From Octopus bimaculoides (Eukaryota): a stretch of 64,000 bases of DNA. The position numbers and the translations under genes are program-made. The notes under the pieces were generated by a model. It saw only the letters and a program-made list of their open reading frames with translations, made no database searches and had not been told where the DNA came from. The DNA lies in the NCBI RefSeq assembly GCF_001194135.2, contig NC_068995.1, positions 1,422,026 to 1,486,025 on the forward strand, written 5' to 3'. Below, piece after piece: positions 1 through 11,594 of this stretch. Each line of letters starts with the position of its first letter. Positions within the stretch are counted from its first letter, which is position 1.

Positions 1-471
1 CTTTGTATCAAAATTAGAAAACATTATGAACAATATTGCCCTAAACTGAGATTTTGGAGTTACTTGTGTCACAATTAGGACGGTAAGATCTTTTAATTAT
101 GTCCACTCAATTGTAATTAGCATGGACAGTGGTGGTGGTGGTGGTGGGGGTTTGCAACAGGCATGGAGGGCATGGAGGGAGAGGAGTCAGTACAGATATG
201 TTTATAATACAATCCTATCAATACCAGTAAACCAGCAAACATTCATGTGATCACTGAATCCAACAGAAATAGCCACCAAATCTCCACAAATCATACAGTG
301 ACCATTTATAATGGCCAGCATATTTACATTGACAGCAAAGTTTAATCTTATACTCCCGGATTTATTAGGACAGTAAAGTTTAACACTAATTCCTCTATAC
401 TCCCACACTGAATATATTAAATCAGTGATACTCCCCTGTAAAAATGAAGTGAAGCAGAGAGAGAGAAAGAG

Positions 472-509
<38 letters not shown>

Positions 510-981
510 AGAGAGTGAGAGAGATCTGGTGTAAGATAAATCACATCAAAAAGCTGTGAGTCAGTTGGAAGAGGAAGAGGATGAGGAGGAATAGAAGGAA
601 TGCCTGTCGTAGAAAGAGAGACTGTAATCCATAGCTGTATGACATGTGATATTTTAGTAACCCACAACCAACGTCGTTGGCGGCAGATCCTGTTACAACA
701 GCACTCTGTAGCTGGAATTAATTTAGCTTACAGCCATATCACATTAAAACATCAAACCTGCTGAATACTTCAGACACAGGAACCGACTGGTAACCAACTG
801 GCACTACTACATAATGGCGCAATTGAAAATGGTTTCTAAGGTGTGTTGGTATTGTTGTTGTTGTTGTCAGTGATGGTAGTGGTGGGTGAGAGCAGGGGTT
901 CAAAGATATAATGCAGGAACAGTTAGTGTGGTGGTGCAGGAGACCATGTGGCCATGAAATTGTATAAAACAGGAATTAAAC

Positions 982-1388
982 AACTGGTATTGTAAAGCTG
1001 CTATTAAATACACCTGTTTATAAATATATACATGTATATATATATAAACAATTGTAGCATGGAAGGTGTTTATCAGCCATTTAAAAACACACAAAAACTG
1101 TTAGATTCACTTCAACATTTAAATTTTGTCAGTGAACAGGTTGCGGTCTCAAAATGATGAAAATATTTTAACAAATTAAATTTTAATGTTGAAGTGAATA
1201 TAACGGTTTTTGTGTGTTTTTAAATGGCTTAGAAACACCTTCCATGCTACAATTGTTTTTGTTTCAGTACACAATCTCAGGTTAGGTCACTTGCTATGCA
1301 AGTACATCTCCATAAATATATATAAATTTAAATAATAAGGGTGAAAAATTGAATATTAATTTGATTAATAGCAATTTAAAACCAGTGG
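982..1388. mobile_element. Foldback/MITE-like non-autonomous DNA element
   Basis: 80-bp inverted arms 1046-1125 / 1179-1258 (AAACAATTGTAGCATGGAAGGTGTTT... vs ...AAACACCTTCCATGCTACAATTGTTT, few mismatches). Outer imperfect IR CAACTGGTATTGTAAAGCTGCTATTAA (~982) vs TTAATAGCAATTTAAAACCAGTGG (~1365-1388). No ORF. Confidence 0.7.
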
Positions 1389-1588
1389 CCTAGAAAATTG
1401 AAAAATCTGAAGATTCAGATATATATATAGATCATTATCATCATCATTGTTTAATGTCCATCTTTCATGGGAGGGGTGGGAGAGAGAGAGAGAGAGAGAG
1501 AGAGAGCTAAACATATGTGTAACATAAGGGTTGTAAAGTATATTTTACCAAATGCTAACGTTATCTGCTGCAGAACTCACTATGTTGG

Positions 1589-1626
1589 TTTGGGTTAGGG
1601 TTAGGGTTAGGGTTAGGGTTAGGGTT
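1589..1626 (+). repeat. Interstitial telomere-type (TTAGGG)5 tract
   Basis: Five perfect TTAGGG units at 1595-1624, preceded by TTTGGG. Confidence 0.9.
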
Positions 1627-1829
1627 GACAGAGTTTTGCCTCAGGTGATGTTGTTTAGGAGTGTCGTGAGTAGCCAAGCCCAGAGTAACACTCAAAGTAG
1701 ACAGTCAACTTTTGATACTAACACACACATCTCAGGTTATCAAGTACTTCAAAGTCAACAAAGCTGGTCCTCCTCCTCCTCCTCCTTCTCCTTCTTCTTC
1801 AGGGTGTGTATATGGAGAATTCTTTTGTC

Positions 1830-2060
1830 TGGAGCTGAAATCTCTTGTATGAAGAAAGAGCTTCAAGATTATATTAAGATCCATGAGGGCTCAAAGCGTC
1901 ATAATTTGAGCACGAAAACTAAATATCAGAGATGAGGGACACATGCCATCCATCTCTAACCATTGTTGGTCAATGCAAAGTTTTGCTGGCCACTGCTCTT
2001 GTACAGAACAACAGACCATATCAGGCGTTATATTTAGGAAACTTCCAAACCCTAATAAAG
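1830..2060 (-). mobile_element. Possible highly decayed RTE-like LINE 3' remnant
   Basis: Minus strand gives fragments resembling SxLNIxWxD...LRWxGHV only with frameshifts; weak. Confidence 0.3.
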
Positions 2061-2115
2061 GATGAATTCCATTCAACTCCAATGATGGTATTGCTAGAGA
2101 CATTTTCTTTAGGTG

Positions 2116-2480
2116 CTACGTCCAGAATGTAAGGACATAAGCAATTATGTCTTTCTGCCACAATTCTCTGTTTTTTGTTTTCCGTAACAGTTCCTCTTCC
2201 TGATATTTAATGCTTCTTTCTTCCAACCATTTCTTCAAGCTTGACATCAATATTATCCTTCTCCCTTCTCTGCTTCTTTTCCCTTTAATCTTTTTTCCAC
2301 TCCTTGCTAAATTCTACTCTAGCCCTCTTTCCTCACCACATGACCAAGAAATCTAAGTTTCCCGGCCCTTATTTCACAAAACAGTTTCTCATTTACCACA
2401 GCCCAGGTCATCACATCTTCATTAGACATTTTGTATGTCCATGCTATCCTCAATATTCTTCTTAAGAACTACATTTCTCA
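2116..2480 (-). mobile_element. RTE-clade LINE, C-terminal ORF remnant
   Basis: Minus translation EM*FLRRILRIAWTYKMSNEDV...IRAGKLRFLGHVVRKEG*, then KIKGKRSREGRR...LKKW and ELLRKTKNRELWQ. Matches the RTE C-terminal pattern (EMWFLRRMLRIPW...FLGHVxRK...GKRxRGRQR). Confidence 0.85.
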
Positions 2481-2719
2481 ACCTGTGATCTCTCAGCCTG
2501 GAGAGACTTTCTGGTTTCTGAGCTATGCACCCTATTATCCAGGTGACTTAATTAGTAATGAAGTGGAGGGTGTTCTGTACACAAAATAGCTGGAGTAAGA
2601 AAAGGTTCAGACAGCCCTGTTAGAAAGAAAAGTTTGGGGGTTCTTTCTTTCAGGGAAGAGTAGATTGTATGATGCCTGAGTATGAAGTACAACATTGCAT
2701 GGTTGCCAAACATGGGAAG

Positions 2720-2960
2720 CAAATGCAAAGAACGTATGAAAGCCAGAAAGAAATGTAGGCAAGCATGCCTTGCCAGATGTGAAATGTTAGTGATGGGCAC
2801 CTGAATGGCAGAGCAGAAATGAACTAAGAGAGAAAGAACTGTGGAATAAATTGGATCAGAAGAAGTGGCAAAGAGAGAGAAACAACATCACTGGTTTGCA
2901 TGTGTGCAGTGAGAGGGGGGTAACAGGCTGGAAGGAATGTGTGCGAGATGGGAACAAGTG
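2720..2960 (+). mobile_element. RTE-clade LINE C-terminal remnant
   Basis: Frameshifted fragments ERN.ASMPCQM*NVS, WQSRNELREK, HHWF(G)HV resemble the RTE pattern ERNEASMLRWMCNVS...QS.NELREKL...RWxGHV. Confidence 0.55.
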
Positions 2961-3094
2961 ATGAAAACTGATCAGGGGTTTGAACCTTAAAAAGGGAGAG
3001 CATAAAGGATCTCAGCAAGCAATTTATAAAGTTATTTGACACATAAAGGAAACAAAGGCTTAAGATATTACCAGAAACCAACCAGCTGATGTAG

Positions 3095-3225
3095 TAAGAA
3101 AATAGTATTAGTCGTAATAGTAGTAACGGCTGTGGTAGTAGTAGTAGTATTGAAGGTAGTGGTAATAGCACTAGCGGTGGTAGTAGTAACATTAGTAGTA
3201 GTGGTTTTAATTGTAGTAAAAGTAG
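3095..3225. repeat. Degenerate (GTA/GTG)n trinucleotide repeat
   Basis: Visible GTAGTAGTA/GGTAGT run; explains the Leu/Pro-rich ORF 2824-3288. Confidence 0.85.
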
Positions 3226-3773
3226 CAGTCCCGGACAGAACCATTCCATTCTGGTTCCAAGCACTGCAGTATATGCTAAGCTGAACATTTACATATTATC
3301 AATCACTTCACATTAATAATGTAAAAACAAAACCAAAAGAAAACAAAAACAGAACTGATCTCCACTTTTAGACAGACTGAAAATCTTGAGGTGGTTTTTT
3401 TTTCAATTTGTTTTTTTTTTTTTCAAAGCCCAAAGGACAAATCAGTGGTGGCAACAGGCACCATGTGACCCTGGCCAGCTTGTTGATAGCTTCTTCCCAA
3501 GCCATTGCAGAAGTCTGCAAAGTCCAAATACCTGGACACCAACATGGAACCACAGAATGAATTTAATGATAGTTACTAAACACAACATCATGAAACTCCT
3601 TTGTTAAAGGTGCTGCAGGCTAGGATTGAAACCAGAACAAAGTGGTTGTGAAATGAACTTCTTAATGACAGCTTTATGGAGCAATATCTATGTACACACA
3701 CATATACACATGTGCATGTGTGTGTGTGTNNNNNNNNNNNNNNNNNNNNNNNNNNNNNNNNNNNNNNNNNNNN

Positions 3774-3816
<43 letters not shown>

Positions 3817-4339
3817 CACACACACACACAAATATATACGTCTATTCATACGTGTGTGTAAATGTGAAGGTGGGAGAGAGACAGAAAGGAATAAAAAAAA
3901 GACTGGAAAGGTGGGAAGAGATAAAGAGTGAAAAGAGTGAGAGAGAGAGAGAGACAAACACAAACACACACGCATGCACACACACGCATGCACACACACG
4001 CATGCACACACACACACATACATACAGACAAAAGATCTGGTTTAAAGCAGCATGTTGACAAAAGACAATGAAGAGGAATGGAAGATCAGTTTACACGGCC
4101 ATTATTACAGCAGTGGTGGCCCAGGGTGGAGGGGTGAGGACTAACTTCTTGCAGGATCAATAACATAGTAAAAATGTGTGTGTGAGTAAGGATGGGGGGT
4201 TGGGGAAGGGGAGTGGTTACAAAGAAACTGAACCAGAGATCCAATGTGGTGGCTGCTGTTGCTATACTGTGTACATAATATCACATTTGTTTCTAAGACT
4301 ATCATCATTATTACCATTATTGTTGTTGTTGTTTGAAGG

Positions 4340-4565
4340 TCAGTAGATTTGGGGGGAATCGGTGGAGGTGTCGGATGAAGTGCTTTCTGAGATCTGCTTA
4401 CATCCCTTACATTCTGAGTTCAGTTCTTGTCAAGTGGTCAAGTTGGCTCTTTATCCTTTCGGGGCCACCAGAATGACATACTGGTCAAGCACAAGGGTGG
4501 ATTTAGGCTACTGTCCCCCACCCCCATCAATATTTGTAGCCTTGGACCCATGTTGCAAATTGCTG
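4340..4565 (+). mobile_element. SINE family D (tRNA-like head), diverged copy
   Basis: TTCTGAGTTCAGTTC B-box-like segment and TCCTTTCGGGG core shared with copies at 27490 and 39165; flanked by ATT/GTT and CAT/TAT repeats. Confidence 0.6.
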
Positions 4566-4589
4566 TCATCATCATCATCATCATCATCA

Positions 4590-4603
4590 TCATTATTATT
4601 ATT

Positions 4604-4665
<62 letters not shown>

Positions 4666-4770
4666 CAGTGCATGCCATCAAAGTGATGCTGGGGTACAAA
4701 TATACAAAGTTCAATATATCCATCATGATTACCCATCTGATAAGGGTACACCAGGCACATGCATCACAAC
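4590..4770 (-). mobile_element. Retroposon family E, 3' fragment with expanded (GA)n
   Basis: GCATGCCATCAAAGTGATGCTGGGGTACAAATATAC...GATAAGGGTACACCAGGCACATGCATCACAAC is closely similar to the copy starting ~40500; TTA-repeat tail on the left. Confidence 0.7.
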
Positions 4771-4776
4771 TAGACA

Positions 4777-4860
4777 CTTGCGAAAGGTGCCATGCAGTGG
4801 TACTGAACCCGGAACCATGTGGTTGGTAAGCAAGCTACTTACCACACAGCCACTCCTGCA
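4777..4860 (-). mobile_element. SINE family A, tRNA-like head fragment
   Basis: Reverse complement contains TGGCTGTGTGGTAAG (A-box-like) and GGTTCAGTACC (B-box-like). Confidence 0.75.
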
Positions 4861-5264
4861 TATTCACAGATATATTCATCCAAATCCTTCAACACATATA
4901 CTCAGATATACACATACACATACATACACACACAAGAACATCTCTGCATGCACGCACACACACACACACATGTAGACCAATTCAGGCACCCACACACATA
5001 CAACAACATACATACTCGTTAAAGAGAAAGAGAGAGTAATTAAATGTTTCCTGTGAAATTAATTAACTGATTATTGCAATCACAGTTGTTTCACTAAGCC
5101 AGCAACTAATTAAATCTTAGAGTCGTTTAGAAAACGATTTTCTCATCACTAATGTTAATTACAACTTCTTGCCTTACTACATTAACTATACTAATACATA
5201 CTTGACTGTTAAGATTCCATGCAGCAATGTCCCTGGGTTATTTCAAATTTATAACACCAGGCAT

Positions 5265-5530
5265 TGTTGTGTGGTTGTAAAGTTCACTTTGCAACTGAGT
5301 GGTTTCAGGTTCAGTTCCACTGCATGGCACCACCTTGGGTCAGTCAAGTACCTTCTACTATAGCTCTGGGCCAATCAAAGCCTTGTCAGTGAATTTCTCT
5401 TTACCGTTTTTGGACTGTGATCATGCTGGAGCATATGAACAAAGCAACACTGGTGGTTAACCAGTGGTAGGGAACATACACACACAATGGGCTTCCCCAC
5501 AGTTTTCATCTACCAAATTCACTCACAAGG
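5265..5530. mobile_element. SINE family A fragments (+ head 5265-5395, then minus-strand body fragments)
   Basis: GGTTCAGTTCCACTGCATGGCACC...CTTCTACTATAGC on +; CAGTTTTCATCTACCAAATTCACTCACAAGG is the reverse of the family A body. Confidence 0.6.
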
Positions 5531-6480
5531 GTTAATTTTGCTTTCATCCTTTTAGAGATGATAAAATACCAGTTTTTGTACTGGGGACCAATCCTTCTCA
5601 TCCCTTTTTCACTTTGTCTCTCCCTCTTAAAGAAATGATTTCTGTTCAGATCTGGAAATGAATGGGTTCCACCTTGGTCAAACAAAAGGTCCATAACACT
5701 CCAATATGTCATGACATAGCCTCTACTACTGTATCAGGAATTGAGGCCTCAACAAAGGAACTTGTCCCCACTCCTGATTCTTTTTTTTCTTTTCTTATTT
5801 ACTAATTATGTACTTCAATGGTGATTGTTCTAATGACTTGTAACTTGAATAAATGAAAAATTTCATACTTTACAACATCAAGTATACTAGGAACCACTTG
5901 ATTAGATTTAATTAAGGGTTTTATTCTTGTACAATTATGCCACCCCATTGCGTGTTTGTGGAGTTTTATAGGTCGTTGATGTTTTCTTCTTAATTACCTC
6001 TTCATTCTTGTAATTTAGCTGTTGTTTTTATTGTTATTGTTGCAAAATAAAACTGTTTTTGTTTTATTACTAACGATAATTGCACAGTAATATTTCGTGG
6101 ATGTGAAACCATTGGTCACTCAATGACCAGACTTTCACTTCACTGCTTTAATGCTCTGTTCTTTCGAGCGAGCTTCTTATTCAGATTCATGATAGGCTGA
6201 CAAAGGCGGTGCTAATATTTGAAGCAACCAGAATGGATGCAAAGAGAGACATCCATTCTCTTTAACAATCTGGGTCTGATTTCCTTTAATAACAGCTACA
6301 AAAACATATAAGCATATTTTTCTAATTGATGCCATAAACCCCAATTATGTACAACAGTGTGAAAGGGTCTTAAAAGTAAGAATTAATTTATGTTAATGAG
6401 GATTGTCTGTCAGATGAAGTCAGAGTAATTAATTAATGCTTCAGTTTTACTTCAGTTGTTTTACAATCAATGTTAACAAG

Positions 6481-6645
6481 CCACAGAGGAAGCCTCTATG
6501 TGGTTGCTTGATCTGCTAGAAACAGCAGCAGAATACTATTGAAACCCACAAGAGCAGGACACATTGGATGATGTGAATCCTCACAGTTGGAATGCAATTG
6601 ATCATAGGCTTGTTCTAGTCTGGGTTAATCCAGGGCTAAACAGTA
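6481..6645 (+). mobile_element. Retroposon family F
   Basis: TGTGGTTGCTTGATCTGCTAGAAA...GGACACATTGG...GATCATAGG...GGGCTAAACA. The same GGGCTAAACAACAAC-type end recurs near 8700, 27960, 41745, 49070, 52105, and reversed near 43960 and 56930. Confidence 0.55.
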
Positions 6646-7130
6646 AACTAGCATCTAAATCGAACTAGCATCTATTCTGATGTATCACTCATAGAGGGAG
6701 GATGGATAAGTAGGGACAGTATAGGATTATAGTAAATTCATGCAAAATGGGTCCCCGAAACAACTCAAAGAATCACACAATGCAAATCATTTTGAATACC
6801 TTTTGGACTGCTCTGGCAACAAATGTGATACCTTAAAGGTAAAAAAAAAAAAAATCATCATTGGTGAAGCAACCTGGACACACCATGACAAATTGGGGAA
6901 TAAACAAGGAGTATGGAAGGGAAACACCTGTAATTTGCTATCAGGAAAATTTATGACGACAGTTTTGGGGACTTCCTAAGGACCAATTTTCAGGAGGAGT
7001 AAACTAAACAATGAACAGTGTTATGATGAAATGTTACAGGGACACTCTAAGGTTTGTTATTTGAAGCAAACATCAAAGATTACAGTTGAATGGTGTTGTG
7101 TTGTTGTACAATAATATCTGTCTGACTGCC

Positions 7131-7390
7131 CCCCCCCCCTGCTGGGGGCACGTAAAAAAGCACCATTCGAGCATGGTCGATGCCAGTGCCACCTGACTGG
7201 CACCCGTGCTGGTCGCATGTAAAAGGCATCCACTAACACTTGGAGTGGTTGGCATTAGGAAGGGCATCCAGCTGTAGAAACCTTACCAGATCAGCTTGGA
7301 GCCTGGTGCAGCCTCCTGGCTTGCCAGTCCTCAGTCAAACCGTGCAACTCATGCCAGCATGGGAAGTGGACGTTAAACGATGATGATGAT
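7131..7390 (+). mobile_element. Family B retroposon (RTE-type tail, ends in (GAT)n), well-preserved copy
   Basis: GTGGTTGGCATTAGGAAGGGCATCCAGCTGTAGAAACC...GCCAGCATGGGAAGTGGACGTTAAACGATGATGATGAT; about ten similar copies in the window. Confidence 0.85.
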
Positions 7391-8339
7391 TCTGCTGGTT
7401 CCACCTGAAATGTCCTGGAAACTGAAATCCAAGATATTAGAGTCCAGACCTTGTTCCGTCAGAATATCAGGTGCCAACTTCACACAGAGAGGCCTTAAAA
7501 GCCTGTTGATTTGCCATGGGCCAAGAAAAAAAAAAAAAAATGGTGCCTATTTGGTCCATCATTTAACCATAAACATTTTATTCTGGGAGAAGAAAGGAAG
7601 ACCATTGAACAAAGATGAAACAACAAGGGTAGCGAAAAACAAAGGAATTGTATTAGAAAATGGTTTATTCATTCTTTTCAGAGATTTATTATTGTTTTAA
7701 GGAATTTAGAAAAAAAAAATCCAAAATTTAGAATAATTAATGAAAAAAAAAATGGAATGGTCAAGTTTAATGTAACAACAACTTAGCTGATATTTCAAGT
7801 TCAAACCTTCAGAATAATGGCAAGTGTAGCACCAAGAGTAATGCCAAGAGGGAGGCCACTTTTAGTGATGTATGTGCAACTAATTTTAACTAATTTTCCA
7901 CCAATAGGTAAAGAAAAAAAAAACCCAATAAACGGAATGGATAAATTGGATTGTGGATAATTAATGACTCCCCCACCACACTTATCATGATATCATCTCT
8001 CAGCCACTGAATATCATGAAACTAAAGAGAAGCACCACTGACCCCTCCATGAAAAGGAAGAAAGGAACAAAGTTTGAGAGAATTTGAAGAAGAAGGTTTC
8101 TTCTTGTATTTCTTGCATTCAAGAAGCCAAAAATCTCACTGGTCCTCACTTGGGATTTCTATATTTGATGTCTTCCAAGTCTGAAGAAATGTGAGATCAT
8201 GGAACCCAGACGGAGAAACAGTTAGAACTCCACATCACACTTTGAATTAGTTTCTTGCTTTTGTTTTCTGTCTTCAGTTATTGAAAACATCTGGTAACCA
8301 AAGCATCATGAGATCTGATCTCACCATTGCTTCCCATGA

Positions 8340-8505
8340 CAAATGGAAACTTAAGAAAGAATGGTGGAATCGTATCTTTTTAAGATCCTCGTCCTCACAG
8401 AAGAGATCACACAAGTTCGAGAAGAACGGAGTTTTACGCTGTAAGTGTAGACCTAGCCAATCCATCCATGCCAGCTTGGAAAAGAAAACAGATGTTGAAC
8501 AAGGC
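8340..8505 (+). mobile_element. RTE LINE extreme C-terminus plus family-B-like tail
   Basis: KLKKEWW then, frameshifted, ILVLTEEITQVREERSF (cf. RTE end GRPRKTW...LGLTEEMTxDRxxWR). Followed by CCATCCATGCCAGCTTGGAAAAGAAAACAGATGTTGAA, resembling the family B 3' end. Confidence 0.55.
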
Positions 8506-9006
8506 ATTGGGAAGGTCCACACGGTCACTCAAATTATTAGACATAGAAGCTAAATCTCCCTCATCTAAAAAAAAAAAAGAGGATACATTGAGTAGGCAGA
8601 CCTTCCTGTAAAAAAAAAAAATCCAGATGGGATGGTCATGGCTTAAATATCTTTGAGTAAAGGCCTGTCTGTTGGATTAAGATAGACCTAGGGCTAAACA
8701 ACAACAATAAACATATTGAATAAAATGATGATGATGGTGATGATGGTTACAGTAAGAATTGTCATTTTGTGTGCACGTGTATATATATGTATGTATGTAA
8801 TTGTGTAGAGAGTGGGGGAAGTGTAACAGGAAGTGCCACATCAACTGGTTAGCAAGAGATTGGAGAAATGTGGGATCAGGGATCAAATCACGAACTGGGC
8901 CCAAGGGAAGTATTGAAATAATAGGAAGAAATGTCTCAGGAGACATACCTCTGTCTATTTAAACATTTAACGGGTGCGAGATTATATAACACAGCTCATG
9001 CAACAA

Positions 9007-9049
<43 letters not shown>

Positions 9050-9287
9050 CACATACACACTTGTAAATAGGATATAAAAGTGTGTAGAATGGTAGAAAAA
9101 AAAGAGTGAAAGAAATTATATGAAGTTACACAAATAAAAAAATGGATCTACTTTATGTGTGTGTGTGTCCATATATATATGTGTGTATATTAAAAAGTAT
9201 GTACACATGTATGATATATACACATGCACACATACAGATATATACATGTGTGTGTACATACATATAAAAAAAGCATACATACAAGTG

Positions 9288-9360
<73 letters not shown>

Positions 9361-9524
9361 CGATATATATATATCTTAAAAAGGGTATGCGCTTGTATGT
9401 GTGTATATATTAACACACATATAAACAAAGATCTACCAGTCTTATTTAAAAAAAAACAAAACATGTGCACATGCACACATACATATTTATAACATGTGCA
9501 TGCATATGCATGTGTGATTATGCA

Positions 9525-9573
<49 letters not shown>

Positions 9574-10379
9574 ATTTTTTTCCTTTTTAATATAATTTCA
9601 GGTTTGCTTTTTATTCCATGAAATTCCACTTTCAAAGAGTGGTTGGAACAGAAGAAAATATTAAATAAATAAATAAGCTATTTTGAAAAAGAAAGAAACA
9701 AAACAAACCAACAAAAAAAAAAGAAAAGAAAACAAGGCNNNNNNNNNNNNNNNNNNNNNNNNNNNNNNNNNNNNNNNNNNNNNNNNNNNNNNNNNNNNNN
9801 NNNNNNNNNNNNNNNNNNNNNNNNNNNNNNNNNNNNNNNNNNNNNNNNNNNNNNNNNNNNNNNNNNNNNNNNNNNNNNNNNNNNNNNNNNNNNNNNNNNN
9901 NNNNNNNNNNNNNNNNNNNNNNNNNNNNNNNNNNNNNNNNNNNNNNNNNNNNNNNNNNNNNNNNNNNNNNNNNNNNNNNNNNNNNNNNNNNNNNNNNNNN
10001 NNNNNNNNNNNNNNNNNNNNNNNNNNNNNNNNNNNNNNNNNNNNNNNNNNNNNNNNNNNNNNNNNNNNNNNNNNNNNNNNNNNNNNNNNNNNNNNNNNNN
10101 NNNNNNNNNNNNNNNNNNNNNNNNNNNNNNNNNNNNNNNNNNNNNNNNNNNNNNNNNNNNNNNNNNNNNNNNNNNNNNNNNNNNNNNNNNNNNNNNNNNN
10201 NNNNNNNNNNNNNNNNNNNNNNNNNNNNNNNNNNNNNNNNNNNNNNNNNNNNNNNNNNNNNNNNNNNNNNNNNNNNNNNNNNNNNNNNNNNNNNNNNNNN
10301 NNNNNNNNNNNNNNNNNNNNNNNNNNNNNNNNNNNNNNNNNNNNNNNNNNNNNNNNNNNNNNNNNNNNNNNNNNNNNNC

Positions 10380-10535
10380 CCCCATCCCCTGTACTCGATT
10401 GGTATTTATTTTTGATTGATCTTGAAAGGATGAAAAGTAAATTTAACCTTGGTGGAGTTTGAACTCAGATCATGAAGAGTCAGAAGAAATACTGCTAAGC
10501 ATTTTGTCTGGTCTGCTAATGGTTCTGCCAGCTCA
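10380..10535 (-). mobile_element. SINE family D fragment
   Basis: GAAAGGATGAAAAG...TTTGAACTCAGA...GCTAAGCATTTTGTCTGG...TTCTGCCAGCTC is the reverse of the family D head. Confidence 0.75.
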
Positions 10536-10554
10536 CTAACTGGACCCTAACCCA

Positions 10555-10780
10555 TTGGCATGGCTTGGACAGTTTGACTGGGGACTGGCAAGCCAGTAGG
10601 CTGCACCAGGCTCCAATCTGATCTGGCAAGGTTTCTACAGCTGGATGCTCTTCCTAAATCCAACCACTCTGAGAGTGTAGTAGGTGCTTTTTACGTGCTA
10701 CCAGCATGGGGTCCAGTCAGGTGGCACTGGCATTGACCATGTTTTGAACGGTGCTTTTTACATGAGAGCCAGTCAGGTGG
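10555..10780 (-). mobile_element. Family B retroposon
   Basis: GGCTGCACCAGGCTCCAATCTGATCTGGCAAGGTTTCTACAGCTGGATG is the reverse of the 7131-7390 copy. Confidence 0.85.
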
Positions 10781-11548
10781 CTTTCAAAATATCGCTATTT
10801 GGCTTGACTTCATTATTACAACTCTATATACGATGGGCTTCATTCAATTTCTGCTGACTGAATCCAATTACAAGGCTTTTGTTGACCAGGGACTCTAGTA
10901 GAAGACACTTGCCCCAAGATGCCATGCACATGGTTGGAAAGAGAACCTCTTGAGATCTTGGCTCACTAAACTGTAATAGAGAGCCAGGAGGGCAATAGAG
11001 TTCACTAAATTGTAATTATGATCCATGAACAGCAAACAATACTCCTAGATATAAATAGAAAGCATTAAGTGGTCTAGGTGACAACTACAGTTATCTGCCC
11101 CTTTCATCTGTTCTAGATATATGTCTTATATTTCAGTGCAATGGAAAAGGTTGTCAGGAATAGAGGGAGTCACACATGTCTTTTTCATCATCTTCACAAG
11201 TTTTAAGTGGAAACAGGAGGACGAAAACCCAAAATAGAAAATGGTAGATTGAGAACCACTTGTTCAGTTAAACACACACACACACGCGCTCTCTCTCTCT
11301 CTCTCTCTCTGTCTTTCTCTTATTTAATCAGATTTCTTCACTCTTTTCCTTGTCTGACTCCTTCCTCTTGCTCGTTTAGTTGGACTTTCTCTATCTCTCT
11401 CTTTCTATCATTCAATTTCTTTCTTTTTCTCTCCATCTTTATTAGACTTCCACCCTCTCTCACATTTAGTTTGTCTCTGTCTGTGTCTGTCTGTCTGTCT
11501 CTGCTGTTTCCCTTGTTTATTAAATTTTCCTCCTCTCTCTTTAGTTAT

Positions 11549-11594
<46 letters not shown>

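Noticed and set aside
1552-1935. 127-aa ORF with VRVRVR run
   Set aside because: Translation of TTAGGG and CCT repeats; no domain features.
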